Positions 1-8,335 of a stretch of DNA of 64,000 nt are shown one piece after another. The notes beneath the pieces were generated by a model, which worked only from the letters and a program-made list of their open reading frames with translations, had not been told where the DNA came from and ran no database searches. Source of the DNA: a virus; the IMG/VR virus record IMGVR_UViG_3300027758_000008, positions 1-64,000 of that record. One strand, written 5' to 3'. A program made the translations under genes and the position numbers. Position 1 is the first letter of the stretch, and every line of letters starts with the position of its first letter.

Positions 1-106
1 GTTCAAACGAACGGCTGGCTGATTCATTTGCCTGCTTGACTCTTTGAGCGGCTGATACGGCACCGGTATCGTCAACCTTTACATCAAAAGCGATATCGTT
101 AGCCAT
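1..106 (-). CDS. Tape measure protein, 5' fragment
   Basis: Identical to the start of 37906..40029 (MANDIAFDVKVDD...). Confidence 0.9.
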   Translation of the reverse strand, partial: MANDIAFDVKVDDTGAVSAAQRVKQANESASRSFE

Positions 107-127
107 TATCTAAACCCTTTTCAAACT
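1..127. repeat. Exact 127-bp repeat, second copy at 39924-40050
   Basis: Base-by-base identity; first mismatch at 128 (c) vs 40051 (t). Confidence 0.95.
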
Positions 128-649
128 CTTCTAACTTTTTAGCCATTCTGCCAAGCTGTTTTTTCTCGAACATGCCAGCCATTTCTGGCGGCCTGTTCAT
201 GGCAATGTAAGTAAAAATATCTTTAGGCGAACACTGCCAGTACTCGTTAGGCTTCATACCATAGGCGACGCACTCACGCAGCAGATTAGGCCATAAGTCA
301 CTGAGGTCTACTGCGCTTGTGTCTTTCCCTCGTCTGACTGCTCACCTTCCCACGTTGGACAAAGGGCTGTCAGAATGTCGCTAAATGCACTTGTCACCTT
401 GGCTGTATTATCCAAGCTGTTGAGCGTATCCCAAATATCCATGGGGTCGACATCAACGCCGCCTTTAGCCAAGATAAGACTAACCAGCTTAGAGCCTTTG
501 GCGTAGTCAGGAATCTCACCTTTAAAGATATCGCGAGCCAATAAAAAAGGGCTACCCATTTCGTCGGTGATGTCCTGCGCTAAATCAATAGTCACAGGAA
601 CCTCGACTTTATTCTCACCCCAAGTCAGCTTGATTTTGCGATAGCTCAT
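99..649 (-). CDS. Tail assembly chaperone, -1 frameshift (gpGT-like) product
   Basis: In-frame G GGA AAG slippery heptamer at 329-323. The -1 frame is open to TAA at 101-99 (...YGMKPNEYWQCSP...). Several changes in copy B are synonymous in this frame. Confidence 0.8.
308..649 (-). CDS. Tail assembly chaperone (gpG-like)
   Basis: Lies between tail tube and tape measure genes; slippery site near 3' end. Confidence 0.8.
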   Translation of the reverse strand: MSYRKIKLTWGENKVEVPVTIDLAQDITDEMGSPFLLARDIFKGEIPDYAKGSKLVSLILAKGGVDVDPMDIWDTLNSLDNTAKVTSAFSDILTALCPTWEGEQSDEGKTQAQ

Positions 650-650
650 A

Positions 651-1067
651 TTAAGCCACCGGGTCGGTAAATGTAGCCGCGCCAGTAGATGACATTGAAA
701 GACTGAACTGCATCAATTCACCAACTGAGCCTGAATCTTCAAAGCTGTCTAAGAAGAAATCGCCGCTAATCACTGAGCCGCTTGTTCCTGCGTCGTCAGC
801 AGTACAGGTGAGCACTACAGCGTAAGCCTGTGAGCCTGTTTGCATGGCTGACTTTAGCAGTGAGTTGTTTCGTGTTACACCGCTGCCGGTGAAAGAGATA
901 GATTTCTGAGTCGGCGTTGCATGAGCGTCTGCCCATTCGCCTGAAGTGTCGCCTGAAGTGTCGCCGCGTGAATTTGAGATTGACAGCGATTGTTCCACTA
1001 AAACAACGGCAGTACCGCCAATCGTTCCGGTCCACTCGCGTTTGTGAATACCTGCACCTACTGACAT
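651..1067 (-). CDS. Major tail tube protein
   Basis: 138 aa, Ser/Thr/Gly rich; tail-tube-like pattern (SISFTGSG...GDFFLDSFEDSG...FSLSMSSTG); position. Confidence 0.8.
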   Translation of the reverse strand: MSVGAGIHKREWTGTIGGTAVVLVEQSLSISNSRGDTSGDTSGEWADAHATPTQKSISFTGSGVTRNNSLLKSAMQTGSQAYAVVLTCTADDAGTSGSVISGDFFLDSFEDSGSVGELMQFSLSMSSTGAATFTDPVA

Positions 1068-1101
1068 GGTTTAATCCTCATGGTTGATTTATAGTCATTC
1101 T

Positions 1102-1140
1102 AACTGGTCAAACCACTAGACGCAATATTTATGGTATTGT
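1102..1140 (+). promoter_or_regulatory. FadR-like box + extended -10 promoter
   Basis: AACTGGTCAAACCACTA (1102-1118), 16 bp, TATTGT (1135-1140) preceded by TGG. Confidence 0.7.
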
Positions 1141-1160
1141 GGGGTTTTTGGGAGGGAAAC

Positions 1161-1442
1161 ATGAGCGGAACATTTACATTGGTGTCGGAGCAATTACCGC
1201 CTGAGCATGTGCCATTAATTGGCATCTCATTGGGGCCAAAACTTCACACAGTAATATTTGATGGGTGCAGGTTTATCGACAGAGCTAGCGGTAATGAGTT
1301 TGCCCTAGGCTGCATTATTGCTTGGTATGATATGAGCAAGCACGAAAAAAGCGACTGGCCTATTGTCGCTGGAAGTTTGCACGTTTGCGTAAACGCGCTT
1401 TTCTCAGCATTGGCTAACACTCAACATTCACAGAAAACCTAA
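1161..1442 (+). CDS. Accessory (moron) hypothetical protein, absent from unit B
   Basis: GGAGGG RBS and ATG at 1161; opposite strand to the tail operon; the equivalent site in B (~41067) is empty. Confidence 0.65.
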   Translation: MSGTFTLVSEQLPPEHVPLIGISLGPKLHTVIFDGCRFIDRASGNEFALGCIIAWYDMSKHEKSDWPIVAGSLHVCVNALFSALANTQHSQKT

Positions 1443-1812
1443 CCATCCAACGGCCTGAGCCTGTTCGCATGGGTCGGCCAACTGATTCGGCGGTGTTGAC
1501 TACTTTCATGGTGCCGCTATCATACGACAGGTTGTTAAATAGGTACGTTTGGCAACTTGTCGCATCATTTACCAGAGTCAGCCAATCATCGGGTAATTCT
1601 GACACGTCACTAAACAGCGTCACTTGAATCAGGTAACGGGCGGTATCTGTGTTTGACTCTCTGCCGGTAGCGTTAACCAAACAGATTGATACGCTATCAT
1701 TAGTAAACGGCAAAGCTGAATCATCCCAAAAAATAGCGTGATGATAGCCAGTAAGCACATTGTCTATTAGTGCAGTGCGGACAACTTCCGCTGGTAACGT
1801 GCTTGCGCTCAT
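1414..1812 (-). CDS. Putative tail terminator/completion protein
   Basis: Size and position upstream of tail tube; conserved in B. Confidence 0.6.
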   Translation of the reverse strand: MSASTLPAEVVRTALIDNVLTGYHHAIFWDDSALPFTNDSVSICLVNATGRESNTDTARYLIQVTLFSDVSELPDDWLTLVNDATSCQTYLFNNLSYDSGTMKVVNTAESVGRPMRTGSGRWMVRFSVNVEC

Positions 1813-2219
1813 TTGCTCATTTCCTCTCTAAATACTTCGTTTAGGTTGATGCTTTGCAATCCGTGTTCAATCCAGCGTGATTTTGCGTTAGGGTTTGTTA
1901 GTGCGCCACGCTTACCGGATGCGTCAGGGCCACGCGGAGACCAGTTATCATTGTAGTACAGCCAACCGGCATACGCTGTCGTGTGGTCGCCGCCATAGCT
2001 TAATGTGACAGACCATACACCACCCTCTCGAACAGGTGTGGTCACTTCCTTAGACTGCATCAAGTCGCCCGTATCCATCGGCACAAAGTAGTCAGAAGCT
2101 GTGCCAAGTTTCCACGCAGTCATGTAGCAGGCATCTTTAGCCTTAACCTGTAGCTCTTTGGTCCACGCATCCAGCTTGTTGTTAGCGTCCGTGTATGACT
2201 TACCTGGTTTGAATGGCAT
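1809..2219 (-). CDS. Neck/tail completion protein (HK97 gp10/minor capsid-like)
   Basis: VPMDTGDL...YA...NPNAKSRW motif pattern; position. Confidence 0.65.
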   Translation of the reverse strand: MPFKPGKSYTDANNKLDAWTKELQVKAKDACYMTAWKLGTASDYFVPMDTGDLMQSKEVTTPVREGGVWSVTLSYGGDHTTAYAGWLYYNDNWSPRGPDASGKRGALTNPNAKSRWIEHGLQSINLNEVFREEMSK

Positions 2220-2560
2220 TAGCCGGTCAACAACACATAATCTTTGCCGCCAACTAAAGGTGTAGCGGTTTCCACCTTAACAATCTTCTCAGCGCCTGAC
2301 ACCGGCGTTAAGTCTGCATGTTCGCCCACTGCAATCATATCGCCCTTCTGTGCACTGGCGTATTTGGTCACATAGGTTGTATTGGGCTGAAACTCTTCCT
2401 GTTCGTCATCACGGCGAATAGCGCCACCATCCTTAAACCTAGCGTCAAACGTAACAGGCGCATCCCAGCCGCCACCGTATGGGCTTGACGACGTGTCAAC
2501 AGTGGACTTGCGCCAAATGGTGACAGTCTCTTGTGGGAATTGGCCGATAATTGTGCTCAT
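2219..2560 (-). CDS. Putative head closure protein
   Basis: Position in the head-tail joining cluster; conserved in B. Confidence 0.6.
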   Translation of the reverse strand: MSTIIGQFPQETVTIWRKSTVDTSSSPYGGGWDAPVTFDARFKDGGAIRRDDEQEEFQPNTTYVTKYASAQKGDMIAVGEHADLTPVSGAEKIVKVETATPLVGGKDYVLLTG

Positions 2561-2916
2561 CCGCGTTGCACCTGTAAAGGATACGCACCACCCTGACCAA
2601 TAGCCGTTAACACACAGACTCCCGCGTCCATACCTTGAAGCAAATCAAGATATTGATTACCGGAGCCTTTGCTTGTGTCGAATGATACCGAGTCACCGGT
2701 AAAGCTAGACTGGCTGGAAAGTTGCCCGCCTGACTGCTGCACAATCATCGCCGCAGCGCCATACATCTTAGCTAATTTAGCTTGTGCGTCACTGTAGCCG
2801 CCTGTCGTGATACATGCGTCCGCTTCGTCCACCACATCAATAATCATTTGAATTGACGCATCTGACAGGCTGTTAGGCACAAAATCCCGAACCTCTGAAA
2901 CTGTTATCGTAGCCAT
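2557..2916 (-). CDS. Putative head-tail adaptor
   Basis: Helical ~120-aa protein first in the connector cluster; conserved in B. Confidence 0.6.
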   Translation of the reverse strand: MATITVSEVRDFVPNSLSDASIQMIIDVVDEADACITTGGYSDAQAKLAKMYGAAAMIVQQSGGQLSSQSSFTGDSVSFDTSKGSGNQYLDLLQGMDAGVCVLTAIGQGGAYPLQVQRG

Positions 2917-3002
2917 TGTATTTTCACTCTACCGTTACGCACGTAGCGTACTGTTGTTATGCCCTGGTTACGCAGATATTCGCGCAACGCTTCCCCTTTA
3001 GG

Positions 3003-4598
3003 TTAATTCAACTTTCTGCATATCGGACTATCAAAATAGACTGTAACATCCGTAGCACCCGTATGAGTGCGCAAAACAAACTGTGGTTGAATAGTGGTTT
3101 CGCCCCCTGATAGTGTGGAGACTACCATAGATGTTAGTATTCCTGTTATTTCCTGCCCCGCTGGTATTTCATCGGTGTAGTGATCCTCGTTAACTGTCTC
3201 GAAAATGTCGTTACCAATTTTCACAGTTACATTTGACAGCCCACTGTGACCAGCCACAACTTTAAATCTGCAAAATGCCACATAAACATCGCCAGACACA
3301 CCAGTAATTGATATGTCCTGCCTCATGTTTGTAACCTGCGTTTGCGAGCCAACATTACCGGATATAGTCACCGCCTGAGACTCTGTGCCATCACCGAAAG
3401 CATTAGAAACCTTTGACACTGTTACAGTAGCCCCTGAAACGTTACTGCCAACCGTCCAACTGTCCGCAACATTACCGCTAGTAGAGCCGCCGTCTGTTCC
3501 GGATGTTCCGGTTAATTGCGGATTAACAAAAAGATTATCGGATATTAGACCTTGCTGGTCGTTGGCGTTCTTGGCCGCTTTCAGGATTGCAGCACCTTGA
3601 GCAGAGCCTAAAACAACCGCACCCCACAAACTTAAATGAGTCCCGTCTGTGGTTGTGTCGTCATCCGCTGTAAAGTTTTCACCTGACTCAACATCAATGA
3701 TTACCCCGTCAATATCCAGTCCGCGCAAAGCTGCATTGTATGAACCCCTTAACGCCTTTTGCTCATCGGTCCATGGAAATGTTGCTGAGTCTGACTTCTC
3801 AGGCACGCCGTGGATAACCACAACGACTGCGCCGTAGTAAAATAAATTTCTTACAATCTCTTTAATATTTGAAATGTATTGCTCAACAGTTTCATTGGCG
3901 CTTACATCGTTTGTCCCAGCCTGCAAAGACACAACATCAGCAATGTTTGCGCCTATGGTAGTTATTCTCGCCAATATGTCAGAGGTTGTATCGCCGCCAA
4001 CGCCCTGATTATACCCATCTAGAAACCTTAACTTAGCGCCTACAGCGAGCTGAACGCCGTAGATTCTACTGAATGCCGCCGTGCTTGTTTCGCCCTCAGT
4101 GATAGAGTCCCCGACAAACATAATTGAACTGCCTGCATCCACCGCATTTACTGAGCCTCTGGTTACAGCGTTGCTAAAACTGGTAAAGGATAGGCCGCCC
4201 GTGCTAACAACACTCGCCACACCCCCAACCAACTGCACCTCGTATGGGCCGTCGGAGGCTTGGACTTTGATAGACTCGTCAGCGTCGAATGAATAATTCT
4301 TACCAGCGAAATAGCCCGATGCAGTAACATCTGCGATAGTGTCAGCGGTAAAATACTGATAGGTTCTGTCTGCCAGCTTAACCAAGCAATCACCATCTGA
4401 GCTAACGATAGCCACAAAGCTATTATTAGGACATAGGCAGTTAATTGTCGCGTTACCAGGATTATTAAGCGTTACCGATGACAGGTCAAAATAACCAGCC
4501 TGTGACACGGTGTAGCGGTCATCGTCGGTTACGTATTTGAAATTATTGCCGGTTGTGGAGCGCGGCATTTGCTCTAGGTTTTTCAGATTAAAGGCCAT
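3003..4598 (-). CDS. SGNH/GDSL hydrolase fused to a conserved N-terminal module (putative virion appendage)
   Basis: SGNH blocks GDSIT, GVGG, GTND, DGTH; first ~130 aa shared with 42805..44325. Confidence 0.75.
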   Translation of the reverse strand: MAFNLKNLEQMPRSTTGNNFKYVTDDDRYTVSQAGYFDLSSVTLNNPGNATINCLCPNNSFVAIVSSDGDCLVKLADRTYQYFTADTIADVTASGYFAGKNYSFDADESIKVQASDGPYEVQLVGGVASVVSTGGLSFTSFSNAVTRGSVNAVDAGSSIMFVGDSITEGETSTAAFSRIYGVQLAVGAKLRFLDGYNQGVGGDTTSDILARITTIGANIADVVSLQAGTNDVSANETVEQYISNIKEIVRNLFYYGAVVVVIHGVPEKSDSATFPWTDEQKALRGSYNAALRGLDIDGVIIDVESGENFTADDDTTTDGTHLSLWGAVVLGSAQGAAILKAAKNANDQQGLISDNLFVNPQLTGTSGTDGGSTSGNVADSWTVGSNVSGATVTVSKVSNAFGDGTESQAVTISGNVGSQTQVTNMRQDISITGVSGDVYVAFCRFKVVAGHSGLSNVTVKIGNDIFETVNEDHYTDEIPAGQEITGILTSMVVSTLSGGETTIQPQFVLRTHTGATDVTVYFDSPICRKLN

Positions 4599-5221
4599 TA
4601 CTGCCGCTCCTCCCATTCGAGTTGATAAAGAAATTCACTATCTGTCGTGCCGTTGATATTCGTAAACACCAGCAAGAAAGTATTCCCAGCCGCCACGCCT
4701 GACGCATTACCGCTTGCTGTGTAGCTTGAAGCCGCCCGACTACCGCCGCCCGATGTTGGCACAAGGTAGGACGTGCCTGTGCGCTTGGGTGCAGTTGTGC
4801 TGAATGCGGTTGCAATGCGTTTCTCAATCGTCACACCGCTTGTAGGGTGCGAATCCAAACCGCTAACAGATAGGTCGTTGTTAATCGGTGAAAGTTTGGT
4901 GCTTGTTACATCTGCCCACGAGCCGCCACTGATAGCCTCACTGCCGGTGAACGGGTAAACAATGTATTTGCGCCCACCAGCCCAGCCATTAATCAGGCGC
5001 AACTGTAGTTTTAGCGGGTAAACAGTTGTAAACCGATAGATGAGAATATCAGTATCAGCAATCGCATCTGCGCCGCTACAGTCGTCAAAGAACTTGAACT
5101 GTAAGTTAGCCTCAAAGCTTGATTGCTGATTATCTACAGCAAAGCGCGCAGTGTTTTTGTTTTGCGTGGTCAGCAGAAAGTCTGCCCACGCATTGGGAAT
5201 CAATCTATTCAGAATCGCCAT
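4598..5221 (-). CDS. Hypothetical (probably virion) protein
   Basis: Likely start MAILNRL at 5221 after AGAAGG; conserved in B. Confidence 0.65.
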   Translation of the reverse strand: MAILNRLIPNAWADFLLTTQNKNTARFAVDNQQSSFEANLQFKFFDDCSGADAIADTDILIYRFTTVYPLKLQLRLINGWAGGRKYIVYPFTGSEAISGGSWADVTSTKLSPINNDLSVSGLDSHPTSGVTIEKRIATAFSTTAPKRTGTSYLVPTSGGGSRAASSYTASGNASGVAAGNTFLLVFTNINGTTDSEFLYQLEWEERQ

Positions 5222-5375
5222 TGTTCGCCACCTTCTTACGTCTCGTGCGCTTAGGCTTTGGTGCTTCTTCTGCCTCTTTAGGATTGAATTTAGCGTCGAT
5301 GATTTTGTAACCCTGAGCACGTAACTCTTTCTTGCGTTCAGGCGTTACAGGGTGAGGCTCGTAAATGACTTTCAT
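5205..5375 (-). CDS. Small basic conserved protein (MKVIYEPHPV...)
   Basis: 56 aa; conserved in B with an in-frame 9-bp indel. Confidence 0.65.
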   Translation of the reverse strand: MKVIYEPHPVTPERKKELRAQGYKIIDAKFNPKEAEEAPKPKRTRRKKVANNGDSE

Positions 5376-5383
5376 AGCTGTCT

Positions 5384-5422
5384 CACTGGTTAGACCACTT
5401 GTTACGTACAGTTTACTATAAT
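5384..5422 (+). promoter_or_regulatory. FadR-like box + -10 promoter of moron array
   Basis: CACTGGTTAGACCACTT (5384-5400), 16 bp, TATAAT (5417-5422). Confidence 0.75.
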
Positions 5423-5454
5423 GGCTAGAGTTTAGGCAAATTTGGAGATTAACA

Positions 5455-5796
5455 ATGATTGGAAAGGACGTGACTGTGACGATTGGCGACAAGGAGCTTG
5501 ATTTTAATTTAAGCTCAGAGGTTATAGAGCCTATTGAATTTGAGTCGCAAGTAGCACAAGTAGGAAAGGGCTTCTCTTTTAACGCTGAAAGCACCGTCGA
5601 ATTTTCTGGTAGCGCTGAGTTTTCTGGAGTTGTAACCTATGATGACGGCATGGTAATGAAATTAAAAGGAATGAAAAGCACCGGCCCAAATCATTATTTT
5701 TCTTACAACTTCAAATGCGGGAGCATTTCAGTTAAGCGATACATGAAAACCAAATCAAAGCAGCCGCGAACGATTGCTGTTTGGCGTGAAATTTAA
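5455..5796 (+). CDS. Moron hypothetical protein flanked by 17-bp direct repeats
   Basis: TTAGGCAAATTTGGAGA at 5432-5448 and 5797-5813; gene absent in B. Confidence 0.65.
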   Translation: MIGKDVTVTIGDKELDFNLSSEVIEPIEFESQVAQVGKGFSFNAESTVEFSGSAEFSGVVTYDDGMVMKLKGMKSTGPNHYFSYNFKCGSISVKRYMKTKSKQPRTIAVWREI

Positions 5797-5818
5797 TTAG
5801 GCAAATTTGGAGAAGGGA

Positions 5819-6001
5819 ATGGAAAAGAAGAGAAAAATGTTCAAAAAGAAAAAAATAAACATAAAGGTCGCCGAAGCTCAATCGCGCTACTTTTTTGCAT
5901 TTGCTGTCGCTGACGCGATGTTCAAAAGCGAAGTATGTGCAGAGGCCGTTGCTCAAGGGGCGTTTTTTAGAACACTAGGCTACAAAGTGAGGGTTAAGTG
6001 A
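5819..6001 (+). CDS. Moron hypothetical protein
   Basis: RBS in the repeat; ends LGYKVRVK like B 45173..45322. Confidence 0.55.
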   Translation: MEKKRKMFKKKKINIKVAEAQSRYFFAFAVADAMFKSEVCAEAVAQGAFFRTLGYKVRVK

Positions 6002-6303
6002 TGTTTACATACATAGCAGTAAACGGCGCGGTAGTCGAAAATAATTACGGTGGCGGTTATGGCGGTGAGTGGATAAGCCCAATCGGCGGGAGGGGCGGCT
6101 CGTCCAACTTCGATGATGGGCAAAATCTTAACGGGGGATCGTGGAAGGCAATAGATGTTCCGTACTGGGAAAGGCGCGTCAAGCAGATTGGTAAGGGCAA
6201 GCGGCACTATTTTGCCCTTAATGGCTGGTGGCATTACATTGAGATTGATGACGCTCTACCGCCGCTAGTTAGTTGGTACATTGGGAGGGTAAGTGATGAT
6301 TAA
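5998..6303 (+). CDS. Gly-rich hypothetical protein, homolog of 45835..46140
   Basis: Shared VPYWE.RVKQIGKGKRHYF...WHYIE...LPPL. Confidence 0.65.
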   Translation: MMFTYIAVNGAVVENNYGGGYGGEWISPIGGRGGSSNFDDGQNLNGGSWKAIDVPYWERRVKQIGKGKRHYFALNGWWHYIEIDDALPPLVSWYIGRVSDD

Positions 6304-6604
6304 ATTAAACGCTATAGCAGCCATTGAACAATTCGAGAAATTCTGCGCTAGAGGTAGAGGTCACCTTGTAACAATAAAGAGGCCTGATGGAGAAAGTATC
6401 TGCCATCGCACTAATATTTTTATTATGACATTGAGTTGCAATTACAAAGGGAAGTATTCCGATGGCTCAATTTTTGGAAGGGTTGAATTTAATGCAGACT
6501 CAGAAAAGGGTGAAATAAATAAAATATTGCACGAAACATTCTCTGACATGAATAAAAGGATGAATGAATTTGACACGCCTGAAAAGAAGGATGTGTTCAC
6601 ATAA
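6293..6604 (+). CDS. Moron hypothetical protein
   Basis: GGGAGG RBS, overlapping start, AT-rich. Confidence 0.55.
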   Translation: MMIKLNAIAAIEQFEKFCARGRGHLVTIKRPDGESICHRTNIFIMTLSCNYKGKYSDGSIFGRVEFNADSEKGEINKILHETFSDMNKRMNEFDTPEKKDVFT

Positions 6605-6605
6605 C

Positions 6606-6634
6606 AAAAAGCCCCGCATAAGCAGGGCTTCTTT
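6606..6634. terminator. Intrinsic (probably bidirectional) terminator after capsid gene and moron array
   Basis: AAAAAGCCCCGC-ATAA-GCAGGGCTTCTTT; also present in B near 46125-46153. Confidence 0.75.
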
Positions 6635-6647
6635 ATCTTAACTAACC

Positions 6648-7607
6648 TTATGACTGGTCGCCAACAGTAAGCACCCCAGCAGTATGCTTGATGTCTGTTG
6701 CGACTTTATCCCAGTTAGTGCCGGTTGCAATTTCCGCATCGGTCGGAGATTTGCCGCCGTTGGTTTCATCCCACGCATAGCCCTTCAAGCCAAGACCAAA
6801 CGTGTAATCAACCTGCATTGTAGTTTCAATGCGCTGGTTGCCGTTAGTGGTCTCGATGTTGCTGATTACGTCGCCTGCATCATGAACTACTGCCGCACCT
6901 TCAACCAGTGAAAGCACTTTGTAGTCAGTGGTCGATACAGTCAGTGCTGGCGCATCGGTAACAACAACCATCTTGCCTAAGATATCCACAACGCGCACGT
7001 TTTGCGCTTGGAACAGCTGAGGCGTGTTAGTCAGGTTCTGACCAACCAAGTTGTGGTAAGTCGCACCATTCATAATCTGACAAACCAGATTGCCTGAGTG
7101 GTCACCAAACAGCGCATGAGCAGCGTTCATTGCTGAGTAGGTGACAGGGGCGGTCGCTGAAACGTCATTGGTAGCCGATGCCTGATTCTCGATAGCTGCA
7201 ACCAGTGCCGCAATAGCGGTGTTTAACTGGTCTTGCATCATAGCTTCAGCAAAGTTACGGCTGGCAACTTCGATACCGCGTGCGGTAGGTTGGCGCAACC
7301 AAGTAAGCTGTGAAGGCTCATAACGAATCGGGCCAAAGCCGCCAGCGATTTTAACGCTTGAGTGCTTCAACTGAGTCAGGTCAGTCGCAGACGCAGAAGA
7401 GTTAGACGCGTAACGGTCAACACGACGCTGCGCAGAGTGAATAGCCGCAAAGAATGATTCTTGCAGGAAGTCACCGTCGAAACCTTCTGTAGTCAAACGG
7501 ATTGCACCGGCAGACGCTTGGTTAAACTTATCAACCATCTGTGCCAGAGTTTCAATTGTGGCAGGCATGATATATTCGTTAAATACCTGCATATCTGATA
7601 AAGCCAT
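6648..7607 (-). CDS. Major capsid protein
   Basis: 319 aa following scaffold; strong terminator downstream; nearly identical in B. Confidence 0.85.
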   Translation of the reverse strand: MALSDMQVFNEYIMPATIETLAQMVDKFNQASAGAIRLTTEGFDGDFLQESFFAAIHSAQRRVDRYASNSSASATDLTQLKHSSVKIAGGFGPIRYEPSQLTWLRQPTARGIEVASRNFAEAMMQDQLNTAIAALVAAIENQASATNDVSATAPVTYSAMNAAHALFGDHSGNLVCQIMNGATYHNLVGQNLTNTPQLFQAQNVRVVDILGKMVVVTDAPALTVSTTDYKVLSLVEGAAVVHDAGDVISNIETTNGNQRIETTMQVDYTFGLGLKGYAWDETNGGKSPTDAEIATGTNWDKVATDIKHTAGVLTVGDQS

Positions 7608-7615
7608 AAATCACC

Positions 7616-8332
7616 TCAATTTGGTAAGTTAAATTTACTTGCAAAATAGGCAGCGCGACTATTCTTGTCGCCGCCAATGTCGGCCTTTGAGGTGGCACGG
7701 CCCCCGTTACCTGGCCCATTTAAAAGCCCGCCGCCGGTTGTAACGACAGTGGTTTTTAGTAATGGTGCAAAGCTGGCATCCTGTTTGATTTCCGCTTTGA
7801 ACTCTTCCAAACTCAATGATGTGGCACGGCCTTCATCATCAAGAAAAACTACTTTTCCGGTTTCCGCGTTAACGTCAATCCGGTCGGAGATAAGGCGCTT
7901 AAACGCTCTACCGCCTGTGTCTGTTGCCAATTCTGCCGCGAGGTCAGAAACTAACTCATTTCGTTTACCGGCTTTAATCTGGCCGGTCAATTCGTCGAGC
8001 TTTCCTGTTAACTCATTAATCCGCGATTCGCTGCGGGATTTAAGGTCGTCAATCTGCTCTTGATACTGCTTTTCGATTTCGGCAGCATCACCTTTTGTTC
8101 TTGCCTTCTCCATAGCTTCCGCTTTAGCCTTTTCGATAGCTTCCAGCTTCTGCGCTTCAAACTCACTTAATTGAGTCTGCGCTTGCTTCCACTTGCTGTC
8201 TAAATCGTTCGCGGTCTGCTTAACTTTCAGCATACCCTTATGGCTAAAACCTTCACCGTCCTCCACATATTGCTCTTTTGCGAAATCCGGTAATTCCTCG
8301 TATTGCTCTTTGGTTAGTTCTGACATTGGCAC
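7616..8332 (-). CDS. Capsid scaffolding protein
   Basis: Coiled-coil, Gly-rich C-terminus, between portal and capsid genes. Confidence 0.75.
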   Translation of the reverse strand: MPMSELTKEQYEELPDFAKEQYVEDGEGFSHKGMLKVKQTANDLDSKWKQAQTQLSEFEAQKLEAIEKAKAEAMEKARTKGDAAEIEKQYQEQIDDLKSRSESRINELTGKLDELTGQIKAGKRNELVSDLAAELATDTGGRAFKRLISDRIDVNAETGKVVFLDDEGRATSLSLEEFKAEIKQDASFAPLLKTTVVTTGGGLLNGPGNGGRATSKADIGGDKNSRAAYFASKFNLPN

Positions 8333-8335
8333 GGC

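Noticed and set aside
3003-4598. SGNH proteins as acyl-CoA thioesterases feeding the FadR circuit
   Set aside because: Structural-module context and domain fusions favour surface polysaccharide esterases; no direct support.
5401-5416. FabR-like site (CGTACA) between box and -10
   Set aside because: Only a partial half-site at one promoter; the other spacers are unrelated.
5222-5594. N-terminal extensions of ORFs 4598..5320 and 5205..5594
   Set aside because: They overlap better-supported genes and a promoter; RBS-supported starts are at 5221 and 5375.
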